A model generated the notes under the pieces. That model ran no database searches and had not been told where the DNA came from. It saw only the letters and a program-made list of their open reading frames with translations. From NCBI GenBank assembly GCA_963793485.1, contig CAWCAB010000003.1:672139-736138 (forward strand): a DNA stretch of 64,000 bases. The letters are read 5' to 3'. Positions 1 through 9,543 of the stretch are shown here, piece after piece. A program made the position numbers and the translations under genes. Position 1 is the stretch's first letter; each line of letters opens with the position of its first letter. The stretch is from an uncultured Bacteroidota bacterium (GTDB lineage: Bacteria > Bacteroidota > Bacteroidia > Bacteroidales > B18-G4).

Positions 1-10
1 GAATACCGGA

Positions 11-169
11 GATTCATTCATTGCTCATTGAGCATTTCACTTTTCACATGTACCATTTCCTCACTTCCCATCCCCATCACTCGGCCCCCGCACCGCGTCC
101 CCCATTTTCATTGTTGAAGACTTCTCCAATGATAAATGCTAAACGCTAAATGTTCAATGAGAAATGAGA
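11..169. repeat. degenerate 7-nt-periodic tract
   Basis: The clean core at 128-169 is AATGATA AATGCTA AACGCTA AATGTTC AATGAGA AATGAGA. Upstream units are looser (TCATTGC TCATTGA ..). Confidence 0.65.
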
Positions 170-272
170 TAGGCCTCCGTCACTTAGGCTGTTGGTCTGT
201 TGAAACCACCTGCATCGCCCTCCGAAGTTTCAGGGACGGCATGCATTATATTTTTTGTTAGGTGGTGTTCTT

Positions 273-962
273 TTAAAATGTGATTCCAATGTTTATTGTA
301 AAATTAACTGTTAGTGCAAATTCAGTTTTTGTTGATTCTGAAGGCGGGATTACAGTTTCAAGTTGATTTAGATAAATACCTTTTTCATATACCACCATAT
401 CATGCCTTGTCCACAGCACACCAACTCCAAAATTGCTTTCAATAAAAAAACGTCTTATTAAATACCTGAATCCAAAATCGACAAAACCACCATAAATATT
501 TACATTATCATCCATTTTTCTATAAGATGCACTACTACCATAATTCTCCCAAACTGTCACTTGTGTAGAATCTATTTTTAGGTTTTTATAAACCATTTTT
601 AATGATAAAAATGTCTGAATATTACTATTTGTGATTTTCGATTTTAATATGTAAATATTTAGATGAGGAATAATATAATAACCTGAATAATATCCTAAAG
701 AACCATATGTTACTGGCCCGGCAATAAACCAATTACTATACTCTTTATTATTCGCATAAATATACCCTGGTGATATACCTATCCCAATTTTATCAAATTT
801 GTGTTCGTATGTAATCCCAATCTGTTGAAAGAAAATCATATTGATTGGATTCACAGACAGGTAGTTATTTCTTTCAATACCCGTTTCTTTCGATTGACTT
901 AACATAATTAATGGGAAACAACCAACTAAGAAGAAAAATAATATCAACTTTTTATTATTCAT
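273..962 (-). CDS. hypothetical secreted / outer-membrane beta-barrel-like protein
   Basis: 229-aa ORF with a signal peptide (MNNKKLILFFFLVGCFPLIMLSQ). Aromatic/Gly-rich beta-strand-like pattern, ending ..IGITF. No family recognised. Visibly more AT-rich than its neighbours. Confidence 0.45.
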   Translation of the reverse strand: MNNKKLILFFFLVGCFPLIMLSQSKETGIERNNYLSVNPINMIFFQQIGITYEHKFDKIGIGISPGYIYANNKEYSNWFIAGPVTYGSLGYYSGYYIIPHLNIYILKSKITNSNIQTFLSLKMVYKNLKIDSTQVTVWENYGSSASYRKMDDNVNIYGGFVDFGFRYLIRRFFIESNFGVGVLWTRHDMVVYEKGIYLNQLETVIPPSESTKTEFALTVNFTINIGITF

Positions 963-1093
963 TTTTGTATTGTGCGTAATTGGCTATTGGTCATCATTAT
1001 GCCACTTAAATGTTTATATAACAACAATCTATTGCGTTTAACACCCCACTGGGCATATAAACATCACAAATTAGCCTGGCGGTCGCCGCATAT

Positions 1094-2149
1094 TTATCTC
1101 TTCACCAGCTTCTTCACCTCAGTATCATTCCCGTTCTGGAACTGGACGAAGTACAGCCCGGCCGGGAGACCGCTAAGATCAATAGTCGCCTCTTTGCCTT
1201 GAAGCTCTGCTGATTTAACTACTTTCCCATTCATATCGATTACTTCGAATATCGAATATCGAGTAACGGGTATCGAATAACGAAGGTGCAACGCACCTTC
1301 GCAGGGGTTTGGAAACATTTTAAAGTCCTGCTGGGAGTTTTTTATCTGATCAATTGTAGTTAAGGAAACCGAGGGTACCAGAACTGGATCTCCTTCTGCT
1401 CCCATATGGTTAGCAAAGGAACTCATATCACGTATGTCATTGTACCCCGTGGTGCCAATTCCGAGGTCTTCGTAGGCATCAAACCTGTAATATGCTACGA
1501 CCCCGCTATCGGCAGTTTCATAATAAATTGCAGGGATTGGATTGGCCATGATCATGTTGATGTCGTTGACTTTGAGTGCTCTGTTCCACAGGCTTAATTC
1601 GTCCAAAGGACCTTCCAGTCTGCTACTGCCGCTTCCCCTGCCAATGTAGAGTTCAGTACAAACCTGCACATCCGGCCATGCTCCGAAATAGTACATAGGC
1701 ACGAACTCAACGGCACTGCCATCCACGTAAATAATGATACCATCTTCATCCTTATCAGCGACGATGGCAATATGATGCCATTGTCCATCGATATACTCAT
1801 TCACAGTGTACCCGCTACGCTCTGATACCCCTGCTGCCTGAATATGATTCACTCTGATTCTTTTCCCGGGTTGGGGGTCATGTGGATCGTCTTCAGCAAA
1901 GCCATAGCTATATTGAGTATATGGGTCACCATCGTATCTTCTCATAACAATGGGGGAGGACTGATCTGTATCGGTCGCCTTAATCCAGCAAGCCATCGTC
2001 CAACTGCCATCCGCCGGATTAAGAATTGCATTATGCGGGACTACACCATAATCGTCCTGGCCGTCGAAAGAAAGTGCTAATCCGAAATTCTGTCCGGATG
2101 ATGATAAAAACAGCATAAATACTGCTGAAAAAAGTGAAATCTTTTTCAT
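1094..2149 (-). CDS. LamG/concanavalin-A-like lectin domain protein with T9SS C-terminal sorting domain
   Basis: 351 aa with signal peptide MKKISLFSAVFMLFLSSSGQ. LamG-like pattern (LSFDGQDDYGVVPH..WTMACWIK..GQWHHIAIV..LYIGRGS..LDELSLWNRAL). CTD is FPNPCEGALHLRY..GLYFVQF..KKLVKR. Confidence 0.7.
   Translation of the reverse strand: MKKISLFSAVFMLFLSSSGQNFGLALSFDGQDDYGVVPHNAILNPADGSWTMACWIKATDTDQSSPIVMRRYDGDPYTQYSYGFAEDDPHDPQPGKRIRVNHIQAAGVSERSGYTVNEYIDGQWHHIAIVADKDEDGIIIYVDGSAVEFVPMYYFGAWPDVQVCTELYIGRGSGSSRLEGPLDELSLWNRALKVNDINMIMANPIPAIYYETADSGVVAYYRFDAYEDLGIGTTGYNDIRDMSSFANHMGAEGDPVLVPSVSLTTIDQIKNSQQDFKMFPNPCEGALHLRYSIPVTRYSIFEVIDMNGKVVKSAELQGKEATIDLSGLPAGLYFVQFQNGNDTEVKKLVKR
1227..1313. repeat. 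87-bp block identical to 2315-2401, containing an in-CDS heptamer array
   Basis: ccattcatatcgattacttcgaatatcgaatatcgagtaacgggtatcgaataacgaaggtgcaacgcaccttcgcaggggtttgga is read identically at both loci. Heptamers at 1235-1283 are ATCGATT ACTTCGA ATATCGA ATATCGA GTAACGG GTATCGA ATAACGA. Confidence 0.85.
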
Positions 2150-2178
2150 GATCTGTAATTTATAATGTTAGACAAGAT

Positions 2179-3168
2179 TTATTTGATTAGAAGCTTTTGT
2201 ACTTCATATGCCTTTTCAGACTGTATCTTGATAAAATACATCCCGGCAGGAAGATCACTGACATCTACAGTTTGATTTCCTTCCTCATGTAGCTGCATGG
2301 ATTTAGCCACTTTTCCATTCATATCGATTACTTCGAATATCGAATATCGAGTAACGGGTATCGAATAACGAAGGTGCAACGCACCTTCGCAGGGGTTTGG
2401 ATAGATACTAAAACTTGCTTCTTCATTTTCTTTTATAGAAGTTGCTTCCAAAGAAGCGATGAACAGGTGATATGAAGTGCTGTACTCCTCCTGCAGATTC
2501 ATGAAGGTCAACACCAGTGTTTTGATTGGGATGGTAGGTTTGAAATAGGCTGCAGGCGCCTCACATGAAGGCATGCCTCCAATTACCAGTGTATCAAATG
2601 TGTAACCGTCGGGTGTGTCTGATCCAAGCAATGCTGCATACTCAATATCCCATTTTGGGATGTCATTTGTCAGGTCACCCTGGTCGGCATCGAAAAGCTC
2701 GACAAGCCAGTTATTGATCACTGAGTTAGAAACAGGGTTGTCCCCAGCATCCGTGGCTGCAATAACAAGGTTTTCTACATCGATGTCGGTAACACAAAAG
2801 CCCCACAGGTTTGCCGGCGTAGCTTCGCTAAACGTAATGGTAGTAATTGCTCCGGAGGTAATTGTATTTCCCGCTGTTCCGGCACCGTTCGGGATGATCC
2901 GGGTCCTGAGATTTTCCTCGCTATCGGCCTGTCCGTAATCAGCTTCAAATTGACTGCCGTCGTCGAAGGTCTCGCTATCTTCGATTCCTACGGCCTCTGT
3001 CAGGGATCCAAATACCGACCAGGTGAAGTCGGGCAAGGCGGCATTTGTGAACGTGCCCGTTCCTGCATTGGAGTTAGTAATCTCAAAATTGGCGTATTCC
3101 TGTGCTTGCAGGCTGCAAACCAGTAGCAGGGCAACCAATATGCCCTGAAGTTTCACTAAGGTTTTCAT
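2179..3168 (-). CDS. hypothetical T9SS-secreted protein (C-terminal sorting domain)
   Basis: 329 aa with a signal peptide and no recognised catalytic domain. The CTD (IYPNPCEGALHLRYSIPVTRYSIFEVIDMNGKV..) is nearly identical to that of the neighbouring gene. Confidence 0.6.
   Translation of the reverse strand: MKTLVKLQGILVALLLVCSLQAQEYANFEITNSNAGTGTFTNAALPDFTWSVFGSLTEAVGIEDSETFDDGSQFEADYGQADSEENLRTRIIPNGAGTAGNTITSGAITTITFSEATPANLWGFCVTDIDVENLVIAATDAGDNPVSNSVINNWLVELFDADQGDLTNDIPKWDIEYAALLGSDTPDGYTFDTLVIGGMPSCEAPAAYFKPTIPIKTLVLTFMNLQEEYSTSYHLFIASLEATSIKENEEASFSIYPNPCEGALHLRYSIPVTRYSIFEVIDMNGKVAKSMQLHEEGNQTVDVSDLPAGMYFIKIQSEKAYEVQKLLIK
2315..2401. repeat. second copy of the 87-bp CTD-coding block
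   Basis: Identical by eye to 1227-1313. Confidence 0.85.
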
Positions 3169-3305
3169 CTTTAATGGTTTTTAGGTTGCAATAAAGATAA
3201 TAAAAACTTAGATGTGATGCAAGTAGATGTGTGTGTGAAGTGCCTAGAGTGCTTAGAGTTCTACTGTTTGCTATATACTGCTTAATTATTAGTGAATGAA
3301 CACTT

Positions 3306-4640
3306 TCATTCATCCCTCAGACAGCGTATATTGAAGCCGTAAATTTTATTGTCGCCATAGTCGCGGTCCACTATTTTATTTTTATAACTGAGGTAGCGGT
3401 TCCAGGCACTGGTGATATTGCCTTCTGTTGATGACCACCAGAGGCTATGCATGCCCTTGTAGCTGAATAAGCCATTGCTGTAGCGGTATCCGCCCGGAAG
3501 GGCTGAAAACCCAAACTCATCGGTGCCATGGCCGTTTTCTGTCCATCCGCTTGTTGTTTTCAGTTTCATTCCTGCATCGTACCCGCGATATCCATAGGAA
3601 TTCCATATTGGATGTCCAATTCTAAACAAACTATCCACTGCACCTTCCAGCACTTTCCATTCCTCGTCCCTGGGTATGTGCCAGCCGGGAGGACAAATAC
3701 CCTGGGAGCCCTGTTGTGTGGTATATTGCATCATTTCGTCCCACTGGTAAAGACCGCCATAGGTAATGCAATAATCCGGGTTATTGTAATAGCAGTATTT
3801 TTCCAAGATGCCGTTATCACTCATCTCATTCACGCCTGGTATCATTGTACCTACGTTCAGGTTTTCTTTCAGCCAGCACTGACTGAATATCTGTACCGTA
3901 TTGTAGGTTTGTCCTTCATAGGTCACTGTGGGCACTCCCGGGCAGGAGATATTACTGGCAAACTGGAAGGAATAGGATTCACTGGTTTCAGGGGTATCCA
4001 ATATTCCGGATTGGAGTGTATTCCTGTAGCCAATGTATAGCAGTTCATCACCTGAGGAAAATGAAAAGCCGTCGAAACTTTTCATTGCCTTATGTTGCGG
4101 GGATGAAGCTTTGCTTCCCAGATATTTGAGAGCACTCCCCCCTCTGGACTGAGAATTATTTTGAATGATCTTTATGCTGCTGTTCATTCCCCTCCATTGT
4201 GCAGTGAAATAAAAAAGATTTCCCGCTCCCGGGATAAAGCGGAATGAATGAGTTCCCTCATCCAGCATCATCTCCGATTTGACAATCACCCGGCCAAGGG
4301 CATCTGTGATGATCATGCTCAATCTGTCTTCTTCAGGCACATAAAGTGAAATGGTGGTCTGGTCTGACACAGGGTTTGGATAGTTTTGAAAAACTTCAAA
4401 TCCATCATCATCGATATTGCTTGCTTTGATTCCTACATGGCTGTCGAGCAGGAGCACGGTATCGGGCCAATACAATATGGTGTCGCCCCCCTGGGTGCGG
4501 TTCATGACCTTGATGCTGTCCAATTGAACATAAGAAGTATTGTCAATGGCAGTGAAGCTTAATTCCAGGTTTGATTTCTGATTGAAAGCACTTAATGAAA
4601 GTGCAATTGCCAGGGAAGAAAGTAAAATTTTTGATTTCAT
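3306..4640 (-). CDS. FISUMP (Fibrobacter succinogenes major paralogous) domain protein
   Basis: 444 aa with a signal peptide. The C-terminal half has the FISUMP pattern (CWLKENLN..YGGLYQW..CPPGWHIPRDEEWKVLE..LPGGYR..WWSST). There is an internal CTD-like module (FQNYPNPVSDQTTISLYV..). Confidence 0.75.
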   Translation of the reverse strand: MKSKILLSSLAIALSLSAFNQKSNLELSFTAIDNTSYVQLDSIKVMNRTQGGDTILYWPDTVLLLDSHVGIKASNIDDDGFEVFQNYPNPVSDQTTISLYVPEEDRLSMIITDALGRVIVKSEMMLDEGTHSFRFIPGAGNLFYFTAQWRGMNSSIKIIQNNSQSRGGSALKYLGSKASSPQHKAMKSFDGFSFSSGDELLYIGYRNTLQSGILDTPETSESYSFQFASNISCPGVPTVTYEGQTYNTVQIFSQCWLKENLNVGTMIPGVNEMSDNGILEKYCYYNNPDYCITYGGLYQWDEMMQYTTQQGSQGICPPGWHIPRDEEWKVLEGAVDSLFRIGHPIWNSYGYRGYDAGMKLKTTSGWTENGHGTDEFGFSALPGGYRYSNGLFSYKGMHSLWWSSTEGNITSAWNRYLSYKNKIVDRDYGDNKIYGFNIRCLRDE

Positions 4641-4652
4641 AATAACATTTCT

Positions 4653-6788
4653 TTATTGGACAACCAACTTTTTAACTGCCATTTTATTCCTGGCAGTGAT
4701 TCTTGCAAAGTATATCCCGGCAGGAAGATCGCTAAGATCGATGGCCGCTTCTTTGCCTTGAAGCTCAAGTGATTTAACTACATTCCCGGTCGTGTTAATC
4801 ACATCGAATATCGAATATCGAGTATCGGATATCGAATATCGAAGGTGCAAAGTACCTTTGCAGGGGTTTGGAAACAGCTCAAAATCAATTTTACTCCCCA
4901 CTGTAGGGTCTGCAACTCCAGTTTGTGTGATGGGTACAAAGAATACTGTGTCTTTGTTAAAGCTCGGAATTGCAAGGATGTTGTCTTGCTGGTTGTAATT
5001 TAGTCCGGTTGGTTCGCCCAGGGCTATAGCAACCACTGAATAATCACTGAAGTCGTTGGGGTATTTATGAACCCTTCCTCCTCCAACGAAGGTTGAAAAG
5101 TAGAAGTTTCCGTACTGATCGATGGTGATACCATCATACCGGCCTACGCTGTTGGTAGTCAGTGTGGTAACCTCTCCGCTTTCAATATCAACCCCAACGA
5201 TAGGGGCTGATGCAGCAAAAGCAGCGATCACTATTCTGTTATTGAATGGATCAAATACGCAATCCTGTGGCCAGTTTGGGATCCCGTTGCTTGCCAGTAG
5301 CTCCCAGGTTTCATTTGCAATGTCAACCTTCATAAGCCTTCCACCCGTATCGATAACGTAAAGAAATCCATTTCCGTCGGTTGTCATGCCGTCGAGGTTG
5401 TTCGTATTTGGTAAATGCATACTCAGGACCAACTCCTTGGTTAAGAGATGAAATCCAAGGAGCGTATCACCATCAGAAGTGTATAATACATTTCCGTCAA
5501 TGCACATTCCATAGAGGCCACCATAGCCGCTCAGCCAGTAGCTGTTGTGATTGAGTGTGTCGGTTTCAACAAGGCTGCCATCGCCCACATTGGCTACAAT
5601 ATAGCGATCAAGTGCCTGGTCATATACAACACATTCAGGTTTTTCGTAGATATTAGGTTGAAATAATTGATTTGCAAACCAGGAAGTTTGATTACTCATA
5701 TACCCGGTCGCAACCAGGTCGGGGTCGCCATCATTGTCAAAATCGCCATGCACGACGGAGAAAGTCTGTGTAAAAGTATCTTCAAAGTCATGTCTGGTGA
5801 AATCCTGGTTTCCGTCATTTTCCCACCAGGCGAGATGTTGTTCCCCCTGTCCGCCACCATAGAAGTCCTGATCTCCATCCTTATCAATATCTGTTACGTC
5901 AAACCACAATGCCCCGGCAAAGCTTCCCATATCATGTTTTGTAAAGTACTCGTTGCCATCATTCTCCCACCAGGCGATCTTGCTGCTCATACATGCAGCA
6001 CCGACAATATCCATGTCATCGTCACCATCCACATTTCTAATAAATACTGTATGTGCCATTGGAAAGTTGCCATCGATCTCATGCTCAGTCCAGTTCTGGT
6101 TTCCATCATTTTCCCACCAGTAAACTTCTCCATTCAGCTCTCCGCAGGCAAGGATATCGACATCACCATCTCCATCAATATCATCCCCATGAATAAATGG
6201 GCTCTGTTTAAAACGTGTGGAGATTACGTATTTGGTCCAGATTGTATCCGGCAAATTATTTTTCCACCAGGCAATCTCACTGTCGGCGCTGCTGTTGTCG
6301 AACTGAGAGCATAGTACATCCGGTTTGCCATCCAGGTCAACATCTTTTATGTCAACAGTATGTGCGCCCGGAAAGTTATCATCCACATAATGCTTGGTCC
6401 AGTTTTCATCCCCATCATTCTCAAACCATGTGATGGAATTGCCTTCCCAGGCTGCTGCCACGATATCAATTTCCCCATCAGCATTAAGGTCATGGGCAGC
6501 GACAGAGCGGGCCCGTTGCAGGTTTTCTGCCACAACATGTTCGATGAAATTGTGATATCCTGTATTTTCCCACCATACTACCTGCCCGTTATTCCCATTG
6601 CCTCCGGCAACGATATCGAAGAATCCATCCTTGTTGATATCACTTACATACACTTCGCACCCCTGTTCAAAACTGGTGCTTATAATGTGTTTCTCGAATG
6701 ATGTCGGCTGTGAAAAACTTTCTTTAATAAAGCTGACCATGGCTATGGCGATCAGCATCAGGATCATGAGAAGGAATCTGAAGTTCAT
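4653..6788 (-). CDS. FG-GAP/VCBS-repeat beta-propeller protein with second propeller-like region and T9SS CTD
   Basis: ORF 4653-6866, with the start moved to MNFRFLLMILMLIAIAMV (ATG at 6786-6788). Seven D-x-D/N-x-DG-x-x-D + WWEN(D/T)G repeats. CTD is FPNPCKGTLHLRYSISDTRYSIFDV..KKLVVQ. Confidence 0.75.
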   Translation of the reverse strand: MNFRFLLMILMLIAIAMVSFIKESFSQPTSFEKHIISTSFEQGCEVYVSDINKDGFFDIVAGGNGNNGQVVWWENTGYHNFIEHVVAENLQRARSVAAHDLNADGEIDIVAAAWEGNSITWFENDGDENWTKHYVDDNFPGAHTVDIKDVDLDGKPDVLCSQFDNSSADSEIAWWKNNLPDTIWTKYVISTRFKQSPFIHGDDIDGDGDVDILACGELNGEVYWWENDGNQNWTEHEIDGNFPMAHTVFIRNVDGDDDMDIVGAACMSSKIAWWENDGNEYFTKHDMGSFAGALWFDVTDIDKDGDQDFYGGGQGEQHLAWWENDGNQDFTRHDFEDTFTQTFSVVHGDFDNDGDPDLVATGYMSNQTSWFANQLFQPNIYEKPECVVYDQALDRYIVANVGDGSLVETDTLNHNSYWLSGYGGLYGMCIDGNVLYTSDGDTLLGFHLLTKELVLSMHLPNTNNLDGMTTDGNGFLYVIDTGGRLMKVDIANETWELLASNGIPNWPQDCVFDPFNNRIVIAAFAASAPIVGVDIESGEVTTLTTNSVGRYDGITIDQYGNFYFSTFVGGGRVHKYPNDFSDYSVVAIALGEPTGLNYNQQDNILAIPSFNKDTVFFVPITQTGVADPTVGSKIDFELFPNPCKGTLHLRYSISDTRYSIFDVINTTGNVVKSLELQGKEAAIDLSDLPAGIYFARITARNKMAVKKLVVQ
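4803..4844. repeat. in-CDS heptamer array (third, diverged CTD copy)
   Basis: ATCGAAT ATCGAAT ATCGAGT ATCGGAT ATCGAAT ATCGAAG, which is 42 nt or 14 codons (RYSISDTRYSIFDV on the minus strand). Confidence 0.85.
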
Positions 6789-7044
6789 GGTGTAAATTTT
6801 TAGATTGTTAATCAATAGCACGAATTTATACCAGTCAATAAATAAAAACACTGTGCATTTTACCATTGGTATGTCTCAAATTACCATTTACTGCCTTCTG
6901 CATACTGCCTGCCGCATACTGCTTACTATCTGTTTAACAGGCCCAACCGTTAACTTTTTCATCCCTGCCTTTAACTTGTTCCTCTATGAAAATTGTAACA
7001 GCTTTCATGGATTACAGTCTTTATACAAAACCAAGCTGGAAGTC

Positions 7045-9399
7045 ATGATCAAAAACTACCTACTTACCGCTTTACGCAGTTTCATGCGATACAAAGGATA
7101 CTCTTTAATAAATATAGCAGGACTAGCAATCGGAATGGCATGTTCTATTCTCATCATGGTTTGGGTGGCGCACGAGCTGAGTTACGACCGCTTCAACGAA
7201 AAGTCGGATCGCTTGTACCGGCTCGTGCAAACCCAATATTATAGTTCAGGCCCGCTTACGACAACTTGTATGCCAGGCCCGATAGCCAGGGATATGGTGG
7301 CTGACTACCCGGAAGTTGAAGATGCTTTTATGTACTACTTTGCACCCGGAGCAGTGGTGAGCTATGGCGACAAATACTTTACAGAAAATATTAGACTGGC
7401 GGACCCCGGCCTATTTCGCATGTTCGATTTCGAATTCATCAGCGGTGATCCCTCAACTGCACTGAATGACCTGCACTCTGTTGTGATAACAGAAGAGATG
7501 GTGGATAAATATTTCCAGGGAGAGGACCCCATGGGCAAGCTGTTAAGAATGAACGGTAAACATAATTTTAAAGTTACTGGAGTCCTGAAAGATATGCCGC
7601 AAAATTCTTCATTTCGATTTGACTTCTGTATTCCATTTATTTTCCTTGAGGAAATTGGGCAAAGCCTGGATAGATATGGTTGGAATTCGTTCTATTCCTA
7701 CATACAACTGGCAGAAGGAATAAGTGAGGATGCATTTGAAGAAAAGATGATAAAGCATATAGAGAATAAAAAGGGCGAGGAGGATGAGTCCAATATTGAT
7801 CTGTGGTTGCATCCGCTTGAAAAGATCCATCTATATGATGTCAGAGGAGGAGGGATGATTGAGCAGGTATATGTTTTATCAGCCATCGCAATATTTATTT
7901 TGCTTATTGCCTGCATTAACTTTATGAACCTTGCCACAGCACGTTCGGCGCGACGTGCAAGAGAAATCGGGCTTCGCAAAGTTGTTGGCGCCGGCAAAGG
8001 CAAGATCGTTATGCAGTTCCTTTTCGATTCCACACTCCTCTCGCTTATCTCTGTCATCTTTAGCGCAATCATTGTTCTTGCTGTATTGCCTGCATTTAAC
8101 AGGATGGCGGACAGTAAATTGAGCTTTGACCTGACAGATCCTGTGAACCTGCTGATACTCATTGGTGTTGGAGTCTTTACCGGCTTGTTGGCCGGAAGCT
8201 ATCCGGCCTTTTACCTTTCCAGCTTCAGCCCAATAAAAGTGCTGAGGATTTCAAACTCAGGTACCAAAGGATCCGCATTGTTTAGAAAAATTCTGGTTGT
8301 ATTTCAGTTTACCCTTTCAGTTATTTTGATCATCGCCACCATCGTTATCAGCCGGCAACTTAATTTTATGCAAAATAAGGACCTCGGAATGAATATGGAA
8401 AATGTGGTTTTTATTCAAATGGAAGGTGATGTGAGTAGTAACTTTGAGATAATGAAGAGCGAATTCATGAGTGATCCTTACATTACATCTGTGACGCGTG
8501 CCAGTTCACTACCGTTTTGGATGGGAAGCAATACAGGAGGCCTCGACTGGCAAGATAGGGATGTGGATAACGATATCCTTGTTGGTTTTGCCTTTACAGG
8601 TGATGATTATGAAGATGTACTGGATATACAGTTGCTTGAGGGCAGGTTTTTCGAAGCAAACATTGCTACTGATTCTGCAGCAGTGGTAATCAACAAAAGT
8701 TGCCAGGAAGCTATGAATATCAAAGACCCGATAGGGAAATGGATAAGCTGGGGAGATAGTGAGGAGGACCGTATGAAAATTATAGGTGTTACTGATGATT
8801 TTCATTTCCTTCCTCTCACATATGAGATATCACCTATGATGTTCATTTATAATACGGATCCGATGGGAGTATTGATGCTCAGAATGTCAGGTGATAATAT
8901 GAAACAAAGCATGGATCAGCTCGAAAAAGCATGGACAGGGATCAATCCGGGCTTTCCTTTTGAACCGAGTTTCCTCGATCAAGAATACCAGGAGGTATAT
9001 GAATCTGAAAACCGTCTTGGGGAGATCTTTAAATATTTTGCTTTTCTTGCCATCTTTATCAGTTGCCTGGGTTTGCTCGGGCTGGCATCCTTTATGGCAG
9101 AACAGCGGACCAGGGAAATCGGTATCAGGAAGACTTTCGGGGCCCCTGTATCTGCAATTATACTGATGATGTCGAAAGAATTTGCCCGCCTGTTGATCAT
9201 TGCCAATATCATTGCCATTCCCGTAGCCTGGTATTTTCTTAAAGACTGGCTGGATAACTATTCCTATTCCGCAAGTTTGAGTGCCGATATCTTTATTTAT
9301 GCTTTCCTGATCTCTCTTGCGATTGCCATGCTAACAATTAGCTATCAGGCCATCAAGGCAGCCCTGATGAACCCTGTGAATGCGATAAAATACGAATGA
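7045..9399 (+). CDS. ABC transporter permease, FtsX/MacB-like
   Basis: ORF 6805-9399, with the start moved to MIKNYLLTALRSFMRYKGYS (7045), the typical N-terminus of this family. Two FtsX modules (..ATARSARRAREIGLRKVVGA.., ..AEQRTREIGIRKTFGA..) flank large periplasmic domains. Confidence 0.85.
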   Translation: MIKNYLLTALRSFMRYKGYSLINIAGLAIGMACSILIMVWVAHELSYDRFNEKSDRLYRLVQTQYYSSGPLTTTCMPGPIARDMVADYPEVEDAFMYYFAPGAVVSYGDKYFTENIRLADPGLFRMFDFEFISGDPSTALNDLHSVVITEEMVDKYFQGEDPMGKLLRMNGKHNFKVTGVLKDMPQNSSFRFDFCIPFIFLEEIGQSLDRYGWNSFYSYIQLAEGISEDAFEEKMIKHIENKKGEEDESNIDLWLHPLEKIHLYDVRGGGMIEQVYVLSAIAIFILLIACINFMNLATARSARRAREIGLRKVVGAGKGKIVMQFLFDSTLLSLISVIFSAIIVLAVLPAFNRMADSKLSFDLTDPVNLLILIGVGVFTGLLAGSYPAFYLSSFSPIKVLRISNSGTKGSALFRKILVVFQFTLSVILIIATIVISRQLNFMQNKDLGMNMENVVFIQMEGDVSSNFEIMKSEFMSDPYITSVTRASSLPFWMGSNTGGLDWQDRDVDNDILVGFAFTGDDYEDVLDIQLLEGRFFEANIATDSAAVVINKSCQEAMNIKDPIGKWISWGDSEEDRMKIIGVTDDFHFLPLTYEISPMMFIYNTDPMGVLMLRMSGDNMKQSMDQLEKAWTGINPGFPFEPSFLDQEYQEVYESENRLGEIFKYFAFLAIFISCLGLLGLASFMAEQRTREIGIRKTFGAPVSAIILMMSKEFARLLIIANIIAIPVAWYFLKDWLDNYSYSASLSADIFIYAFLISLAIAMLTISYQAIKAALMNPVNAIKYE

Positions 9400-9403
9400 A
9401 GCG

Positions 9404-9543
9404 GAGTGTTGAGCGTTGGGTGTTGAGTGAAAATACCTTGAATCTGTGGCTCCTACGATTCGAAACCCTTATAGAGTACTACTGACTACTGCTACTGCCT
9501 ACTGGCTTTCATTTCGTTACTCGATATTCGTTACTCGATACTC
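9404..9543. repeat. three heptamer sub-arrays filling a convergent spacer
   Basis: GAGTGTT GAGCGTT GGGTGTT GAGTGAA at 9404-9431. ..ACTGACT ACTGCTA CTGCCTA.. at 9474-9507. GTTACTC GATATTC GTTACTC GATACTC at 9516-9543, which runs into the sulfatase stop. Confidence 0.8.

Noticed and set aside
5667-6314. 215-aa ORF antisense to the FG-GAP repeat gene
   Set aside because: It is a shadow ORF within the repeat-encoding region. The sense strand has a signal peptide, FG-GAP repeats and a CTD.
6805-7044. 80-aa N-terminal extension of the FtsX permease ORF, and similar extensions at 12442-12630, 6789-6866, 37127-37174 and 18375-18434
   Set aside because: The extensions lack signal or TM logic and overlap divergent promoters or genes. 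Internal Met codons give canonical family N-termini or signal peptides.
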